IMG/VR virus record: IMGVR_UViG_3300037541_000827
Strand: one strand, 5' to 3'
DNA from: an uncultured virus (IMG/VR IMGVR_UViG_3300037541_000827)
Taxonomy: Duplodnaviria; Heunggongvirae; Uroviricota; Caudoviricetes
DNA length: 64,000 bases
This document shows, piece after piece, positions 10,564 through 19,990 of this stretch (position 1 is its first letter; each line of letters begins with the position of its first letter). The notes under the pieces were generated by a model, which made no database searches, was not told the DNA's origin, and was given only the letters and a program-made list of their open reading frames with translations. Position numbers and translations under genes: made by a program.

Positions 10564-11000
10564 AGGATCAGGGTGGGGGGGGGAACGGTGACGGCTGACG
10601 GCAAAAATCGAAACCAGCGGCGCACCCGACAGGCCGCGAGCGGCCGCCAGTGAACGCCCTGCCCTTGGCAGGTGGTGAGGATCCCTCCAGCCACGCACAC
10701 CCCCAGGGCGATCGGGGCGCCGCCAGCCAGCAACGCCACATCCAGCGGCATCGCGCCGGGCACCGTGCTGCTGCCGGCGGCGAGCTCCTCGAGCAGCGGC
10801 TTCCAGCGGCCCCGGCCGGCGGCCTCATACCACTCGCGCTTGATCACCGTTGGCCGGGGCGCGTCGTAGAGATCCAACACGGCCATGGTGAGGCGCAGGC
10901 AATCGGTGCCGCCATGGCGATCCGGATCCCCACCCCACCGGTAGGGCAGCCCCAAATAGCGGATCCAGGGTGCGCTCTGGCTGGCGTGCGGCATGGTCAT
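10560..11000 (-). CDS. NlpC/P60 tail assembly protein (lambda K-like)
   Basis: YLGLPYRWGG...GTDCLRL catalytic-Cys motif; ATG at 11000 coupled to upstream stop. Confidence 0.75.
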   Translation of the reverse strand: MTMPHASQSAPWIRYLGLPYRWGGDPDRHGGTDCLRLTMAVLDLYDAPRPTVIKREWYEAAGRGRWKPLLEELAAGSSTVPGAMPLDVALLAGGAPIALGVCVAGGILTTCQGQGVHWRPLAACRVRRWFRFLPSAVTVPPPTLIL

Positions 11001-11464
11001 CAGGTGAGGAAGATCTGGCCGGTGTCGGGCACCTGCCCCACCAGCTCGGTGGTCAGCCTTCGGCGCGGCGCATCGCCGCCGAGCGCATCCAGGGGAGAGG
11101 TGAGGGTGACGGTGATCCGCTCCCGCCGCTCGATCGGGCCAAGCCGCCATAAGTGCCGCGACAGCAGGCGCACGTCACTGCCGGCGGCAACATCGCAGAG
11201 AACGACATCGGCGCGGATTTTCCACTGGTTGGCACGAGCCTCGGCCAGCACGTTCAGGGCCAGCTGGTTGCGGTTCAGTACCAGCCGGCCCTGGGAGCGG
11301 TCACCGCCGCGGGCACCGGCCGAGTCCGAGATCCGGAAGGCTTGGAACACGTGGGAGCGGCCGTCATAGGTGCGGGTCTGGCCGGTGAACAGGTTCTGCC
11401 AGGCGTAGCCGGGCACCGGCACACCGTCGGCCTGGAAGCTGATGTAGGCGCAGATGGTGATCAT
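11000..11464 (-). CDS. Minor tail protein (lambda L-like position)
   Basis: 154 aa between tape measure and NlpC/P60. Confidence 0.6.
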   Translation of the reverse strand: MITICAYISFQADGVPVPGYAWQNLFTGQTRTYDGRSHVFQAFRISDSAGARGGDRSQGRLVLNRNQLALNVLAEARANQWKIRADVVLCDVAAGSDVRLLSRHLWRLGPIERRERITVTLTSPLDALGGDAPRRRLTTELVGQVPDTGQIFLT

Positions 11465-14400
11465 CAGCGCAGCCCCAGCAAGCGCTGGATGGAGGGGTTG
11501 TTGCGCATGCCGTCGTAGGCCGAATCCCGGCCGGCCTCGGCCGACGCCGCCGAGGCCTCTCGCAGCTGTTCGATGGTGGCGTACTCCACGCCGTTGATGA
11601 CCTGGCTTTCGACGCTGAGGCGGATTGGGGCGGATCGAGGCATGGCCGCAGGGCCGGCCCCAGCACCGCCAAAGGCGCCGGGGGCTCCTCCATTGCCAGC
11701 TGTGGTTTTGAGGAACGGAATCCCAAGGCTTTCACCGCCAGCACCGCCGCCACCGCCGGCACGGGGCATGCTGCCGGCCATGAACGGCACCCCAAGGCTG
11801 TCACCGCCGCCACCATCGGCCACGGTAGCCCCACCGCCTGGGGCCCGCTGGAAGGGCACGCCAAGTGCCTGGGTGAGGGCACGATTGGAGTAGGCCCGGC
11901 CGCCGTCTTTGTTGAACCGCACGATCTCGGCGCCCTTTTCACCCACCAGGTAGTCGAGACCGTACTTCACATCTCCACCGCCGGCCCGGCCTGGAGTGAA
12001 GGCATTGGTGAGGTTCATCCCCGAAGCGAGGTTCGAGGAAAGGCCAAGGCCACTAAAATCCATGTTTGCCCCGTCCATGAAGCTGAACGGCGAATCGGTG
12101 TTGAACGCTCCGGAAAAATCCTGCACGCCATCGAGGCCGGAGAAACCGCTGATCAGGCTCGGGATCTTCATAGCCAAAGAAAAAATGCCGGCATCGCCAC
12201 CGCCGCCACCACCGCCAAGCGCACCGCCGGCGGCCAGCAAGGAAGTGCCGGCCTGGAGGAGCACACCTCCCGCTTGCATCTGAGTGGAGGCCGCGGCCTT
12301 GAGCGCTGCGGCCTCAACATCCACCCCGGTTACGGTCTTGAAGATCCCTTTCTGCAGCTCTGCCAGCAGGGGACTCAGCAGGGCGTCCATGGTGGCCTGC
12401 ATCAGCCCCTGGCCGGCCTGCGCCAGAGCGCCCGACACCGCCTGCTTCACGTCACCGCCGTTCAGCAGGGCCTGCATCGCGCCAGACAGGCTGCCGCTGA
12501 TGCTGCCGCTCACCGCATCGCCAGCCGCCAGCCCCAGCTGGCCCTGGGAGGTCTTCATCACCTCGGCCGTCAACAGGGCCTTCCGCTGCTCGAACTCGAA
12601 CTGGGCCCGCTCCGCCAGCTGCTGCTCGGTGAGGCTCTCCTTTTCCAGCGACTGGGCATTACCCAGCTTCCCCAGCCAGGCCAGCAGATCTTCCAGCGCC
12701 TTGGCAAGGCGAGTCTCCTGCTGGTTCAGGCCCTCCAATCCCTGTTTGAGGGCCTGTTCCTGGTTGGCCGTGCTCGTCACCGTGCCGCTCACGCCAGCTG
12801 CAGCACCTCCACCGCCCAGGTTGGTCGCCCGGATTGCCGACGCAGGCACTGCGGCAGCCGCTGGGCGGCCTCCCGCCGCCATGCCCGCACGGATTGCCGC
12901 ACCTGGGTTGAAGTTCAGCTGGCCCTGAGCGTTCCTCAGCTCGTAATGCAGGTGGCTGTTGTTTCCGTCTGGTGTCACCCTCGCAATGAGCTGACCGGCC
13001 GCCACGCTCTGCCCCTGGGCAACCAGTGGATTCACATGGCCATAGGTGCCTTTGGACCCGTCCTGATATTTGATCACGACAGCACCGCCAGCCTTGCCAA
13101 ACCCCTTGGCGTAGGCCTGCTCGATCACTCCATTCATCCGCGCCGCCACCGGATCGTTGGGATCCGTCCCCAGATCCTGCCCGGCATGCAACCGGCCGCG
13201 GCCGTAGCCCACCCCCTCGTTCCAGTTCGGGCCGCCTTTGGTTCCGGGCAAGATGTTGGCCGTCATCCCAGTCGGCGTTCCAGGCAGCCCCGGCACACTG
13301 CTGGCCCCCGCTAGCTGCGGGCTCAGGGCATCCCGCTTCTGGCTCAGCCCCAGCCGGCCAAGATCCGCAACCAGCCGGGCTTTTTCGATCGCCAGGGTCA
13401 CCTGCTGCCCCCGCAGCTTCAGCTCCTCGATCCGCTTCTCGCTGTTCTCCCGCATGTGCTGCACTTCTAGCTGCCTCTGCTGCAGCGCATGCTCACGGGT
13501 CATCTGCGCGTCCCGAGCGTCATACAGCCGCTTCTGCACCTCGGCCGCGGTCTCCATTCCCGTCACGCCGGCCGCGGCCGCCGCAATCTGGGCCTCGATC
13601 ACCGACGCCGTGCCGCCACCATTGCGGGCGCGATCCTGCGCCGCCTGCACCTCCTCGAGCCGCTGCGCCGCCTGCACCTCAGCCTTGGCCCGGGTGGCGG
13701 CGAGATCGGCCTGGGCCTTCTCCAGCCGGCCCTGCTGATCCTGGAGATTGAGCTGGCGGTTGATCTCTTCGGTTTGCGCTTCCAGCCTCTGCTTCTTCTC
13801 GTTCTGGATGTTGGTGGCCCGGGTGAGCTCGTTGGTGATCTTCTGCTCTGCGGCGCTGATCTGTGCCATCAGGGCCTGCTGCTCCCTGGTGTACTGCGCC
13901 GATTGGCCCTGGATGTCGAGCTGCTGCTCCTGCAGCCCCAGGCGCTGCGCCTCCAGGCCGTTGATGGTGCCCAGTTGGGCCTCGGCCTGGAAGGCCAGGC
14001 GCAGGGCCTCCCTGGAGCCGTTCAGCTTGGCGTTGTTGCGGGTCTGCTCTGCCACCTGAGCGTTCAGCTCCTTGGTGGTCGTGTTGTACTCCGCGCTGCC
14101 GGGCGTCATGTTGCCGCGGATCTTCAGCAACGCTTGCGTGCGTTCTCCCACTTTGCTTTGCTCAAATCGAGCCTCGGCCACCTGGATCTTCAGCTGCTCC
14201 TGCTGGATCTTGATCTGGGTCTGCTGGATCAGCATCTGCCGCTGCTGCAGCTCCTTCTCCGTCTGGAGGATCCCCCGGCGCTCAGCAATGGCCTCCTTCT
14301 CCTGGGAGAGTTTGAGGTCAGCGAGACGGGCCTCAGCAGCAGCTCGCGCCTCAGGGGAGGCGGCCACCTGCACCCCCAGCTCATAGCTGCGGCCCACCAG

Positions 14401-16278
14401 GGCCCGGCGGGCGTTGCCCACGGCGGCCATTGCTTCGGCGATCTCCCGCTGCTTGCTCATCAGGGTCACGCCCTGCTCAAGCGCTTTGATCTCGTTCTGG
14501 TAGGCCTTCTGCTTGATGTCCGACCAGACCTTGGAGATGTTCAGGGCGCGCTGGGCACCGGTGCCCAACCGGTTGTTCATCTCCTCGATCTGGTTGACGA
14601 TGTTCGGCGGCAGCTTGAGGCTGCGCAGCTGCACCTCATCGGTGAGACCTGTTTGGACCTTGTAGCGGTCCCGAATGTCGTTTTCAGCCGCCTGGATCTC
14701 CTCCTCGGACTTGCCGGTCAGCTTCATGTTTGCCCGCACGGCCGCCAGGTTGGTGTTGAGCACCATCGCCGCCCATTTCTGGTTGAACGCATCGATGGCG
14801 CCGCTCACCTTGTCCAGGCCGGTGAACATTTGATCGAAGAAGCTCGACACGGCGGCGGTTTGCGTGTCGCCTCCCACGTTAAAAAGCGCCTTGATCGGGT
14901 TGATTACGGCTCCAATGAGCTCAGCCAGCAGCCCGAATCCGCGAGCGATCAGTTCCGTTGTCCGCGCCACTGCTGTGAGCATTGGCATCAGGCCAGCGCC
15001 CAACACGGCCGTGACCGTCCCGACCACATCCATGATGATCTGCCCGACCGAAGAAGCCGCCGCACCGATCGACACCAGGATCGACACCACCGGGCCGAAG
15101 AGCTTGAGCACCGGGCCCACCGCTTCCGCGATCGACTTGAAGAACCCGGTGAAGCTCCCCTGAAGGTTCTTGAAGGTGACCAGGATCGACTGCATCATCG
15201 TCGCCGTGTCCCGCTCCAGCGGCTGGCCGGCCTCGGAAGAGATCGCTTCATTCACATCATCGAAGTTGGACTTCACGTTGGCCAGGCTCAACGCCAGCAC
15301 CTTCTGGCCGTCGTAGAGCTTCTCCAACTTCTTCATCAGGAAGTCGTAGTAGGTGCCTTGCGCCTGCTGCTGGCGAACGTCATCCCCGGTGATGCCCAGC
15401 TTGGTGGCCATCATCGCGTTGCGGTCGATGTTGCCCATCATCAGGGCATTCACCTCCTGCCGCAGCTGATAGCCAGGAATCCCGAGGGTGTTCATGCCGG
15501 CAGCCAGCCGGGTGGCCAGCTTTGCGCTGTTTTCAGTGGTGCCTTTGGCGCCCAGGCTGCTGATGTTGCTGAGGATGATGTTGAAGCCCTCGTAGATCTC
15601 CCCAGCTGTCGCGCCGGAGATGTTGGCCACCTCCTGCTGGATCCCCTTGTATTCCTTGAGGATGGCGCCGCGCACCATCTGCATCTGGCGGGCGGTGCCC
15701 TCCACCAGCTTCCCGTCCGGGCCGAGGATCGCGAACGATTGCGCCGCAAAAATCCCAGCCTCCGCCACCTGCTTGTTGAGCCGGCCGGCTTCTGCCGATA
15801 GCTGCTGCAGCGGGCCCAGCACGGCATTGATCGCCCCGGCCATCCCCCCGAAGATCGACTGGATGCCGGTGGCCGCCAGGCCCAGCTGGCCCAGCATCGG
15901 GATCGCCTTGCCGGCCATGCCCAGCAGGCCGCCCAGGGCGCCGCTGGCACCGCCGAACCCACCAGCACCACCAGCGGCGCCGGCCGCCTGGCCCGCACCA
16001 CGGAGCTGTTCCGCCAGCGCCTTGAACGCTTCCCCGTCGCCCTGGGCGGCGCCGCGCATCCGCTCCAGGGTCTTGAGGAGCCCCTCGAAGCCGCGCTGTG
16101 TCTCCGGCGGCGGCGGCGGGATGTTAGGGGCAGGGATGTTGGTGCCCCGCCGCTCCATGTCGGCAATCACCTGCCGCATGCGCGCCAGGTCCCGCTCCAG
16201 CGGCTGCATGTCGCCGCGAAGGGTCAGCGTGGCTGTGCCGAGGGAGTATTCGCCGCCGCCGCCGCCGCTCTGGGTCAA
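11464..16278 (-). CDS. Tape measure protein with M23 peptidase domain
   Basis: 1604 aa, Ala/Gln-rich helical; HAGQD...YGH...HLHYE M23 motifs at ~12920-13210; follows tail chaperones. Confidence 0.9.
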   Translation of the reverse strand: MTQSGGGGGEYSLGTATLTLRGDMQPLERDLARMRQVIADMERRGTNIPAPNIPPPPPETQRGFEGLLKTLERMRGAAQGDGEAFKALAEQLRGAGQAAGAAGGAGGFGGASGALGGLLGMAGKAIPMLGQLGLAATGIQSIFGGMAGAINAVLGPLQQLSAEAGRLNKQVAEAGIFAAQSFAILGPDGKLVEGTARQMQMVRGAILKEYKGIQQEVANISGATAGEIYEGFNIILSNISSLGAKGTTENSAKLATRLAAGMNTLGIPGYQLRQEVNALMMGNIDRNAMMATKLGITGDDVRQQQAQGTYYDFLMKKLEKLYDGQKVLALSLANVKSNFDDVNEAISSEAGQPLERDTATMMQSILVTFKNLQGSFTGFFKSIAEAVGPVLKLFGPVVSILVSIGAAASSVGQIIMDVVGTVTAVLGAGLMPMLTAVARTTELIARGFGLLAELIGAVINPIKALFNVGGDTQTAAVSSFFDQMFTGLDKVSGAIDAFNQKWAAMVLNTNLAAVRANMKLTGKSEEEIQAAENDIRDRYKVQTGLTDEVQLRSLKLPPNIVNQIEEMNNRLGTGAQRALNISKVWSDIKQKAYQNEIKALEQGVTLMSKQREIAEAMAAVGNARRALVGRSYELGVQVAASPEARAAAEARLADLKLSQEKEAIAERRGILQTEKELQQRQMLIQQTQIKIQQEQLKIQVAEARFEQSKVGERTQALLKIRGNMTPGSAEYNTTTKELNAQVAEQTRNNAKLNGSREALRLAFQAEAQLGTINGLEAQRLGLQEQQLDIQGQSAQYTREQQALMAQISAAEQKITNELTRATNIQNEKKQRLEAQTEEINRQLNLQDQQGRLEKAQADLAATRAKAEVQAAQRLEEVQAAQDRARNGGGTASVIEAQIAAAAAGVTGMETAAEVQKRLYDARDAQMTREHALQQRQLEVQHMRENSEKRIEELKLRGQQVTLAIEKARLVADLGRLGLSQKRDALSPQLAGASSVPGLPGTPTGMTANILPGTKGGPNWNEGVGYGRGRLHAGQDLGTDPNDPVAARMNGVIEQAYAKGFGKAGGAVVIKYQDGSKGTYGHVNPLVAQGQSVAAGQLIARVTPDGNNSHLHYELRNAQGQLNFNPGAAIRAGMAAGGRPAAAAVPASAIRATNLGGGGAAAGVSGTVTSTANQEQALKQGLEGLNQQETRLAKALEDLLAWLGKLGNAQSLEKESLTEQQLAERAQFEFEQRKALLTAEVMKTSQGQLGLAAGDAVSGSISGSLSGAMQALLNGGDVKQAVSGALAQAGQGLMQATMDALLSPLLAELQKGIFKTVTGVDVEAAALKAAASTQMQAGGVLLQAGTSLLAAGGALGGGGGGGDAGIFSLAMKIPSLISGFSGLDGVQDFSGAFNTDSPFSFMDGANMDFSGLGLSSNLASGMNLTNAFTPGRAGGGDVKYGLDYLVGEKGAEIVRFNKDGGRAYSNRALTQALGVPFQRAPGGGATVADGGGGDSLGVPFMAGSMPRAGGGGGAGGESLGIPFLKTTAGNGGAPGAFGGAGAGPAAMPRSAPIRLSVESQVINGVEYATIEQLREASAASAEAGRDSAYDGMRNNPSIQRLLGLR

Positions 16279-16321
16279 ACCCTGTTCATCCCTGCTTGAG
16301 GTCAGTCTGGGCCCGTGATCT

Positions 16322-16813
16322 TCAGAACCCGCTGCGCTCCAGCTCCGCCAGGGCCAGCACCAGCACCCGCTGGGGCATCTGCCCGTTGCTGATCAGCCAG
16401 CGGATCACCTTGGCCGTCTCCTCAGTGATCCGGGCGTTCTTGCCAGGGGCGTCGATGATCTTGAAGGGCAGGAACGCATCTTGGCCCCGGGCCTTGTTGC
16501 CCAGCCCTGGAAAGGCGGCGATCTCCACCATCTCCGCCAGCCTGGCCATGGTGGTGCTCATCTCGTTGGTGCGTTTGGCCTTCTCCTTCAGGGCCCAGTG
16601 GTAGGCCTTCAGCACGGCATCCACCGGCTGAAACGGCAGCCGCTCGGCATGCCAGCGGGGATCCTGGGTCAGGCCGCTGGTGAGCACCAGCTGGATCTCA
16701 TCCCAGTCGGTTGGCGGTGTCTTGAGGTAGGCCTCTATTCGGTCACGGTGCTCGTTGCGGGTGAGTTCTTCGGCGCTCGACGGGGCGTCTTCGCCGGTGC
16801 CGGAGGCTTTCCC
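16322..16813 (-). CDS. Tail assembly chaperone GT C-terminal extension (-1 frameshift product)
   Basis: -1 frame is open from the GGGAAAG slippery site into the 121-aa ORF. Confidence 0.8.
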   Translation of the reverse strand, partial: GKASGTGEDAPSSAEELTRNEHRDRIEAYLKTPPTDWDEIQLVLTSGLTQDPRWHAERLPFQPVDAVLKAYHWALKEKAKRTNEMSTTMARLAEMVEIAAFPGLGNKARGQDAFLPFKIIDAPGKNARITEETAKVIRWLISNGQMPQRVLVLALAELERSGF

Positions 16814-17352
16814 GCGGCCAGCATCGCCGCCTTCTCTTCGAGGAGGAACTGCTGGATCTCATTGATCAGATCGGTCGGCAGCTGAGCGGTGTCCTCCTCA
16901 CCCCAGAGATCTGGCCCCAGCTTCACCCACTCCAGGCTTTCGGGGTCCATCCCCTCGCCGCGGCCGACCAGCACCCTGTGGACCTGGGCCTTCTTCTGAT
17001 CACCCAGCAGGGTCTGGCTGGCGAGGAAGTTGTGCAGCCGGCCCTGATCGGTGGAGAGCAGCCCAAAGGACTGCAGCGCGCCTTTGACGGAATCAGGATT
17101 GCCTGGATCCACCGCAGCGGTCATGTTCTGGATCAGCTTGTCCACCTCCTCCAGGGGCATCCCCGTGTCCTTGGCGATGCCTTCGGCCAGCTGGTAGAAG
17201 GCACCGACGCTGACGCAGCGCTCCCGATCGTGCTGCTCGAGAAGCTCCGCTTCCCCCTGGAGCACCTTGCCGTAGACCGCGAGGCGGAACTTGCCGCCGA
17301 TGATTTTGTGACCGGTGCGGAACGACGCCAAAAGGCGGCTGCTGAAGGTCAT
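16735..17352 (-). CDS. Tail assembly chaperone (gpG-like)
   Basis: 205 aa upstream of the tape measure, with G GGA AAG near its 3' end. Confidence 0.8.
   Translation of the reverse strand: MTFSSRLLASFRTGHKIIGGKFRLAVYGKVLQGEAELLEQHDRERCVSVGAFYQLAEGIAKDTGMPLEEVDKLIQNMTAAVDPGNPDSVKGALQSFGLLSTDQGRLHNFLASQTLLGDQKKAQVHRVLVGRGEGMDPESLEWVKLGPDLWGEEDTAQLPTDLINEIQQFLLEEKAAMLAAGKPPAPAKTPRRAPKNSPATSTVTE
16807..16813 (-). promoter_or_regulatory. -1 programmed ribosomal frameshift site GGGAAAG
   Basis: In-frame G GGA AAG (Gly-Lys), the same heptamer as lambda G/T. Confidence 0.85.
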
Positions 17353-17597
17353 GAAACAGGCCGAAGGGCTGCACGGATCTTGTACCCAACGTAGCGCTGG
17401 CCTTGATTCAGGACGGCCTCAGGCAGGGTCATCCAGAATTCATCGCCGCCTGTTGGCGGGGTCACCAGTACCTCTGTATCACTGGTGCCGGCTTCGATCA
17501 CCAGCATGCCCACCGACACCTCGCCGCCAGCGTCAGGGGCGCGGCAGTCGATCGCCACCACGTTTTGCATCGGGGTCAGCAGCAGGCGGTGATGCAC
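17349..17597 (-). CDS. Hypothetical tail-region protein
   Basis: 82-aa ORF coupled (ATGA) to the chaperone gene. Confidence 0.55.
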   Translation of the reverse strand: MHHRLLLTPMQNVVAIDCRAPDAGGEVSVGMLVIEAGTSDTEVLVTPPTGGDEFWMTLPEAVLNQGQRYVGYKIRAALRPVS

Positions 17598-17617
17598 AGC
17601 TAGCGATCAGTGGTGTC

Positions 17618-17938
17618 TCAAGTCTGTGCTCCCTCCTGCCGGCGCGGATCATCTGGAGCCGCCGCGGCCTTGCTCACAGCCGCCTGGGCGTAGACGGCCA
17701 CGTCTCGGGTGAGCTGCAGCAGCTGGATGTCGAGCTCCATCATGTTGGCCGTTGTGATGCCCTCGGGATCCTGGTGGGCCAGCAGCTGGAGCCGAAACCG
17801 CTCTTCAGGGGAGCAGGCCATGCCGGCAGCCAGCAGGCCCACCCGCAGGATGGTGGAGCGGAGCACCTTCAGCTCGGCGCGCATGGCGGCCTCCCACTCG
17901 TCAGGAGGAGGGGAAGACCAGAGGGGAAGAACGGGCAT
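17618..17938 (-). CDS. Hypothetical accessory protein
   Basis: 106-aa ORF preceded by a repeated leader element. Confidence 0.55.
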   Translation of the reverse strand: MPVLPLWSSPPPDEWEAAMRAELKVLRSTILRVGLLAAGMACSPEERFRLQLLAHQDPEGITTANMMELDIQLLQLTRDVAVYAQAAVSKAAAAPDDPRRQEGAQT

Positions 17939-17994
17939 GGGGAGCGTGCAAGGGGATGGGGTGGCCCAGGCGCAGGGCCCGGAGGGGCGGCTCA
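17936..17994 (-). repeat. Intergenic cassette repeat copy b (hairpin + CACCCCATCCC + GCACGCTCCCC-ATG)
   Basis: Shares CGGGCCYTGCGCCTGGGCCACCCCATCCC with 18214-18268 and GCACGCTCCCCATG with 39245-39258. Confidence 0.8.
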
Positions 17995-18198
17995 GTCCTC
18001 CCAGTCAGCAGCCCACGCCAGCAGCTCACTCTCGGTGTACCTGGCGAAAGGGGGCGAAACACGGCCTGTGAGGCGGTAAATCTCGTATTGCCACCTGTTT
18101 TGCGCATCTCTTGGAGCGGGACCGCAGTCGACGACACGCATCTCGGGGTGCTTCAGGAAGTGATCGACGACCTGCTGAGCGCTTTGGAATCTGGCCAT
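17992..18198 (-). CDS. Hypothetical accessory protein
   Basis: 68-aa ORF bracketed by the two repeats. Confidence 0.6.
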   Translation of the reverse strand: MARFQSAQQVVDHFLKHPEMRVVDCGPAPRDAQNRWQYEIYRLTGRVSPPFARYTESELLAWAADWED

Positions 18199-18213
18199 GA
18201 GAGGGAATCGATC

Positions 18214-18268
18214 GATGGGATGGGGTGGCCCAGGCGCAAGGCCCGGGCCGTGGTGAGGGTGCGGCTCA
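18214..18268 (-). repeat. Intergenic cassette repeat copy a
   Basis: TGAGCCGCACCCTCACCACGGCCCGGGCCTTGCGCCTGGGCCACCCCATCCC starting at the KilA-N stop. Confidence 0.8.
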
Positions 18269-19216
18269 GAGCTTCATGAACAGCCAGCTGGCACAGCCCG
18301 GGGGATAGGTGCTGCACAGCTTTCCGGCGGAGAGCTTGCCGCGGCCGATGAGGCGCCAGCCGTCGCGTTCTGCTCCGATCGGCTTGGCAGCAGCCCACTT
18401 GTTGATGGTGTGGGCTTCGAGGTGCAGGAGGTGGGCCAGCTCGGGGCCGGTGATCAGGTCGCCGCGATTGAAGCGCTGCTGGGGCATGGCCCAGGCCTGA
18501 TCGTTGCGTGGGGGCTGCGGCGCGGGTGCCGGCGGGGCCGGTGGCCGGGGAGGGCAGGCCACCGCTCCGACAGGGATGCCGATAGGGGCTGGGGAGATCA
18601 CCAGCTGGCCGTGCTCAGCAACGAACCATTCAAGGAAGTGTTTGGCGGCAGGGCGGGGGAAGCGCAGGGAACGGCAGCGCTCAGGTTGGGGGAGTGCCTC
18701 CTGCTCGGCTTCTGTCTGGGTGGTGTAGGCGTCGAGGATCTGGGTCAGCGGCTCAGAGAAGGCGGTGGCGCCGAGGACGTTGATGCCAGGGCCGCCGACC
18801 TGGTACTCCAGCAGCTCCCGCTGCTTCGGGGGCAGGGCCGCCGGGGCCGGGTTGGGATCGGCGGCGAGCTTGGGGGTGAAGCTCTCCAGGAACCAGCCGT
18901 CCATCATCACGGCAAACTCCGGGTGCAGCCACCGGGCCAGGTCCACCGCGATGCGGGGGTGGACCCAGGTGCCGCGCAGATCGTTCGGGCCGGTCGTGAT
19001 CGACTGGGTCAGGAGGTCCCTCGGAATTCCGAGGGACCTCGACAACGCTTGCAGATACTGGGATGTCCGGGCATTCTCCATGTAGTGGGACCACTGCCGT
19101 CCGTAGGCCTTGCACATGGCCGTGGCGTTCACGTAACCGTCGAGGGGCCGACGCAGGATGTCCACACCATTCCAGGTGCGGGATTCCATCCCCTTGGGGG
19201 TGAGGCTGCTGTTCAT
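18266..19216 (-). CDS. KilA-N domain DNA-binding protein (antirepressor-like)
   Basis: DGYVNATAMCKAYG...GTWVHPRIAVDLARWLHPEFAV KilA-N signature; likely start MNSSLT at 19216. Confidence 0.9.
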   Translation of the reverse strand: MNSSLTPKGMESRTWNGVDILRRPLDGYVNATAMCKAYGRQWSHYMENARTSQYLQALSRSLGIPRDLLTQSITTGPNDLRGTWVHPRIAVDLARWLHPEFAVMMDGWFLESFTPKLAADPNPAPAALPPKQRELLEYQVGGPGINVLGATAFSEPLTQILDAYTTQTEAEQEALPQPERCRSLRFPRPAAKHFLEWFVAEHGQLVISPAPIGIPVGAVACPPRPPAPPAPAPQPPRNDQAWAMPQQRFNRGDLITGPELAHLLHLEAHTINKWAAAKPIGAERDGWRLIGRGKLSAGKLCSTYPPGCASWLFMKL

Positions 19217-19277
19217 CAATGGCTCCCGCTCAAAGCGGGCGGATCTGTTGCCCAACGTCGCCGCCGGGTGCAGATAC

Positions 19278-19302
19278 GGTACAACAGTTCGCCTTTTGTC
19301 AA
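19278..19302 (-). promoter_or_regulatory. Cyanobacterial LexA box next to a TTGACA -35 of the KilA-N gene
   Basis: GGTAC-AACA-GTTCG (19278-19291) fits RGTAC-N3-DGTWCB; TTGACA on minus strand at 19297-19302. Confidence 0.7.
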
Positions 19303-19542
19303 GAGGTGGGGGGAGGGCCTCCGATGCCGGAGCCCGAGTGGCGACAGACGACACCACTCCCGGCGCCCAGCCTTGCGGGGAGGGCCGACCCTTCCCCCCG
19401 GTGCAAGCGTACGGGAGGCGAGGGCTGTGGCCCCCAGCCGCGGGCAGGCTCGGCGAGATCAGCTGCTTCACGGCTGCAGGCCTGTACCGCGCAAGATTGA
19501 GTCTTGTGTTAAGTTCCTGGACAATTTTTCCCGCTACGATCG

Positions 19543-19908
19543 ATGGCTTCTTCGACCAAGCTTTATAGAGTTCGTCAGGGGGCAGTCTTCTCAGGCGTTT
19601 GCAAAGGTCTTGAGGCCTGCGGAAGAGGGAATGCTCTGGCCTACAGAATTGTTTTCGTGCTTGGCGGTTTTTATGTCGTAGGAATCATCGTTTACGTCCT
19701 GATGGCAGCATCAACTCCTGTGGCAACTGCGGAGCAGCTTAGAGAAATCCAGGAAGAGAATGAATCAAGCAACTCGCTTGATTTAGTCCAGTCAAGCAGC
19801 CTGGATCAGCTTGAGGCGAAGCTATCCAAGATAGACTCCATGAAAAACCAGAACCTTATAACTTCCGAGGAAGCCGAAAAGCTTAGAGCTAAAGCGTTGG
19901 GGATCTGA
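19543..19908 (+). CDS. PspC-domain membrane protein with C-terminal SHOCT-like tail (moron)
   Basis: KLYRVRQGAVFSGVCKGL...RIVFV...IIVYVLM PspC signature; LITSEEAEKLRAKAL; lower GC, opposite strand. Confidence 0.8.
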   Translation: MASSTKLYRVRQGAVFSGVCKGLEACGRGNALAYRIVFVLGGFYVVGIIVYVLMAASTPVATAEQLREIQEENESSNSLDLVQSSSLDQLEAKLSKIDSMKNQNLITSEEAEKLRAKALGI

Positions 19909-19939
19909 TAACAAAGCCTCAGGAAGGCATGACGCCACG

Positions 19940-19963
19940 AAAAAGGGGCCCCGCAGGCCCCCG
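19940..19963 (-). terminator. Intrinsic terminator of the major tail gene
   Basis: Minus strand GGGGGCC-TGCG-GGGCCCC followed by TTTTT. Confidence 0.65.
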
Positions 19964-19990
19964 ATGTTGCTCCTGTTGCCCTGATCAGGA

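Noticed and set aside
13489..15801. 770-aa + strand ORF and many other long antisense ORFs (e.g. 29540-31138, 24880-26184)
   Set aside because: Shadow frames of GC-rich minus-strand genes; no motifs and implausible composition
17936..18268. Direct repeats resembling a CRISPR mini-array
   Set aside because: Only two local copies, separated by a whole ORF; no cas genes
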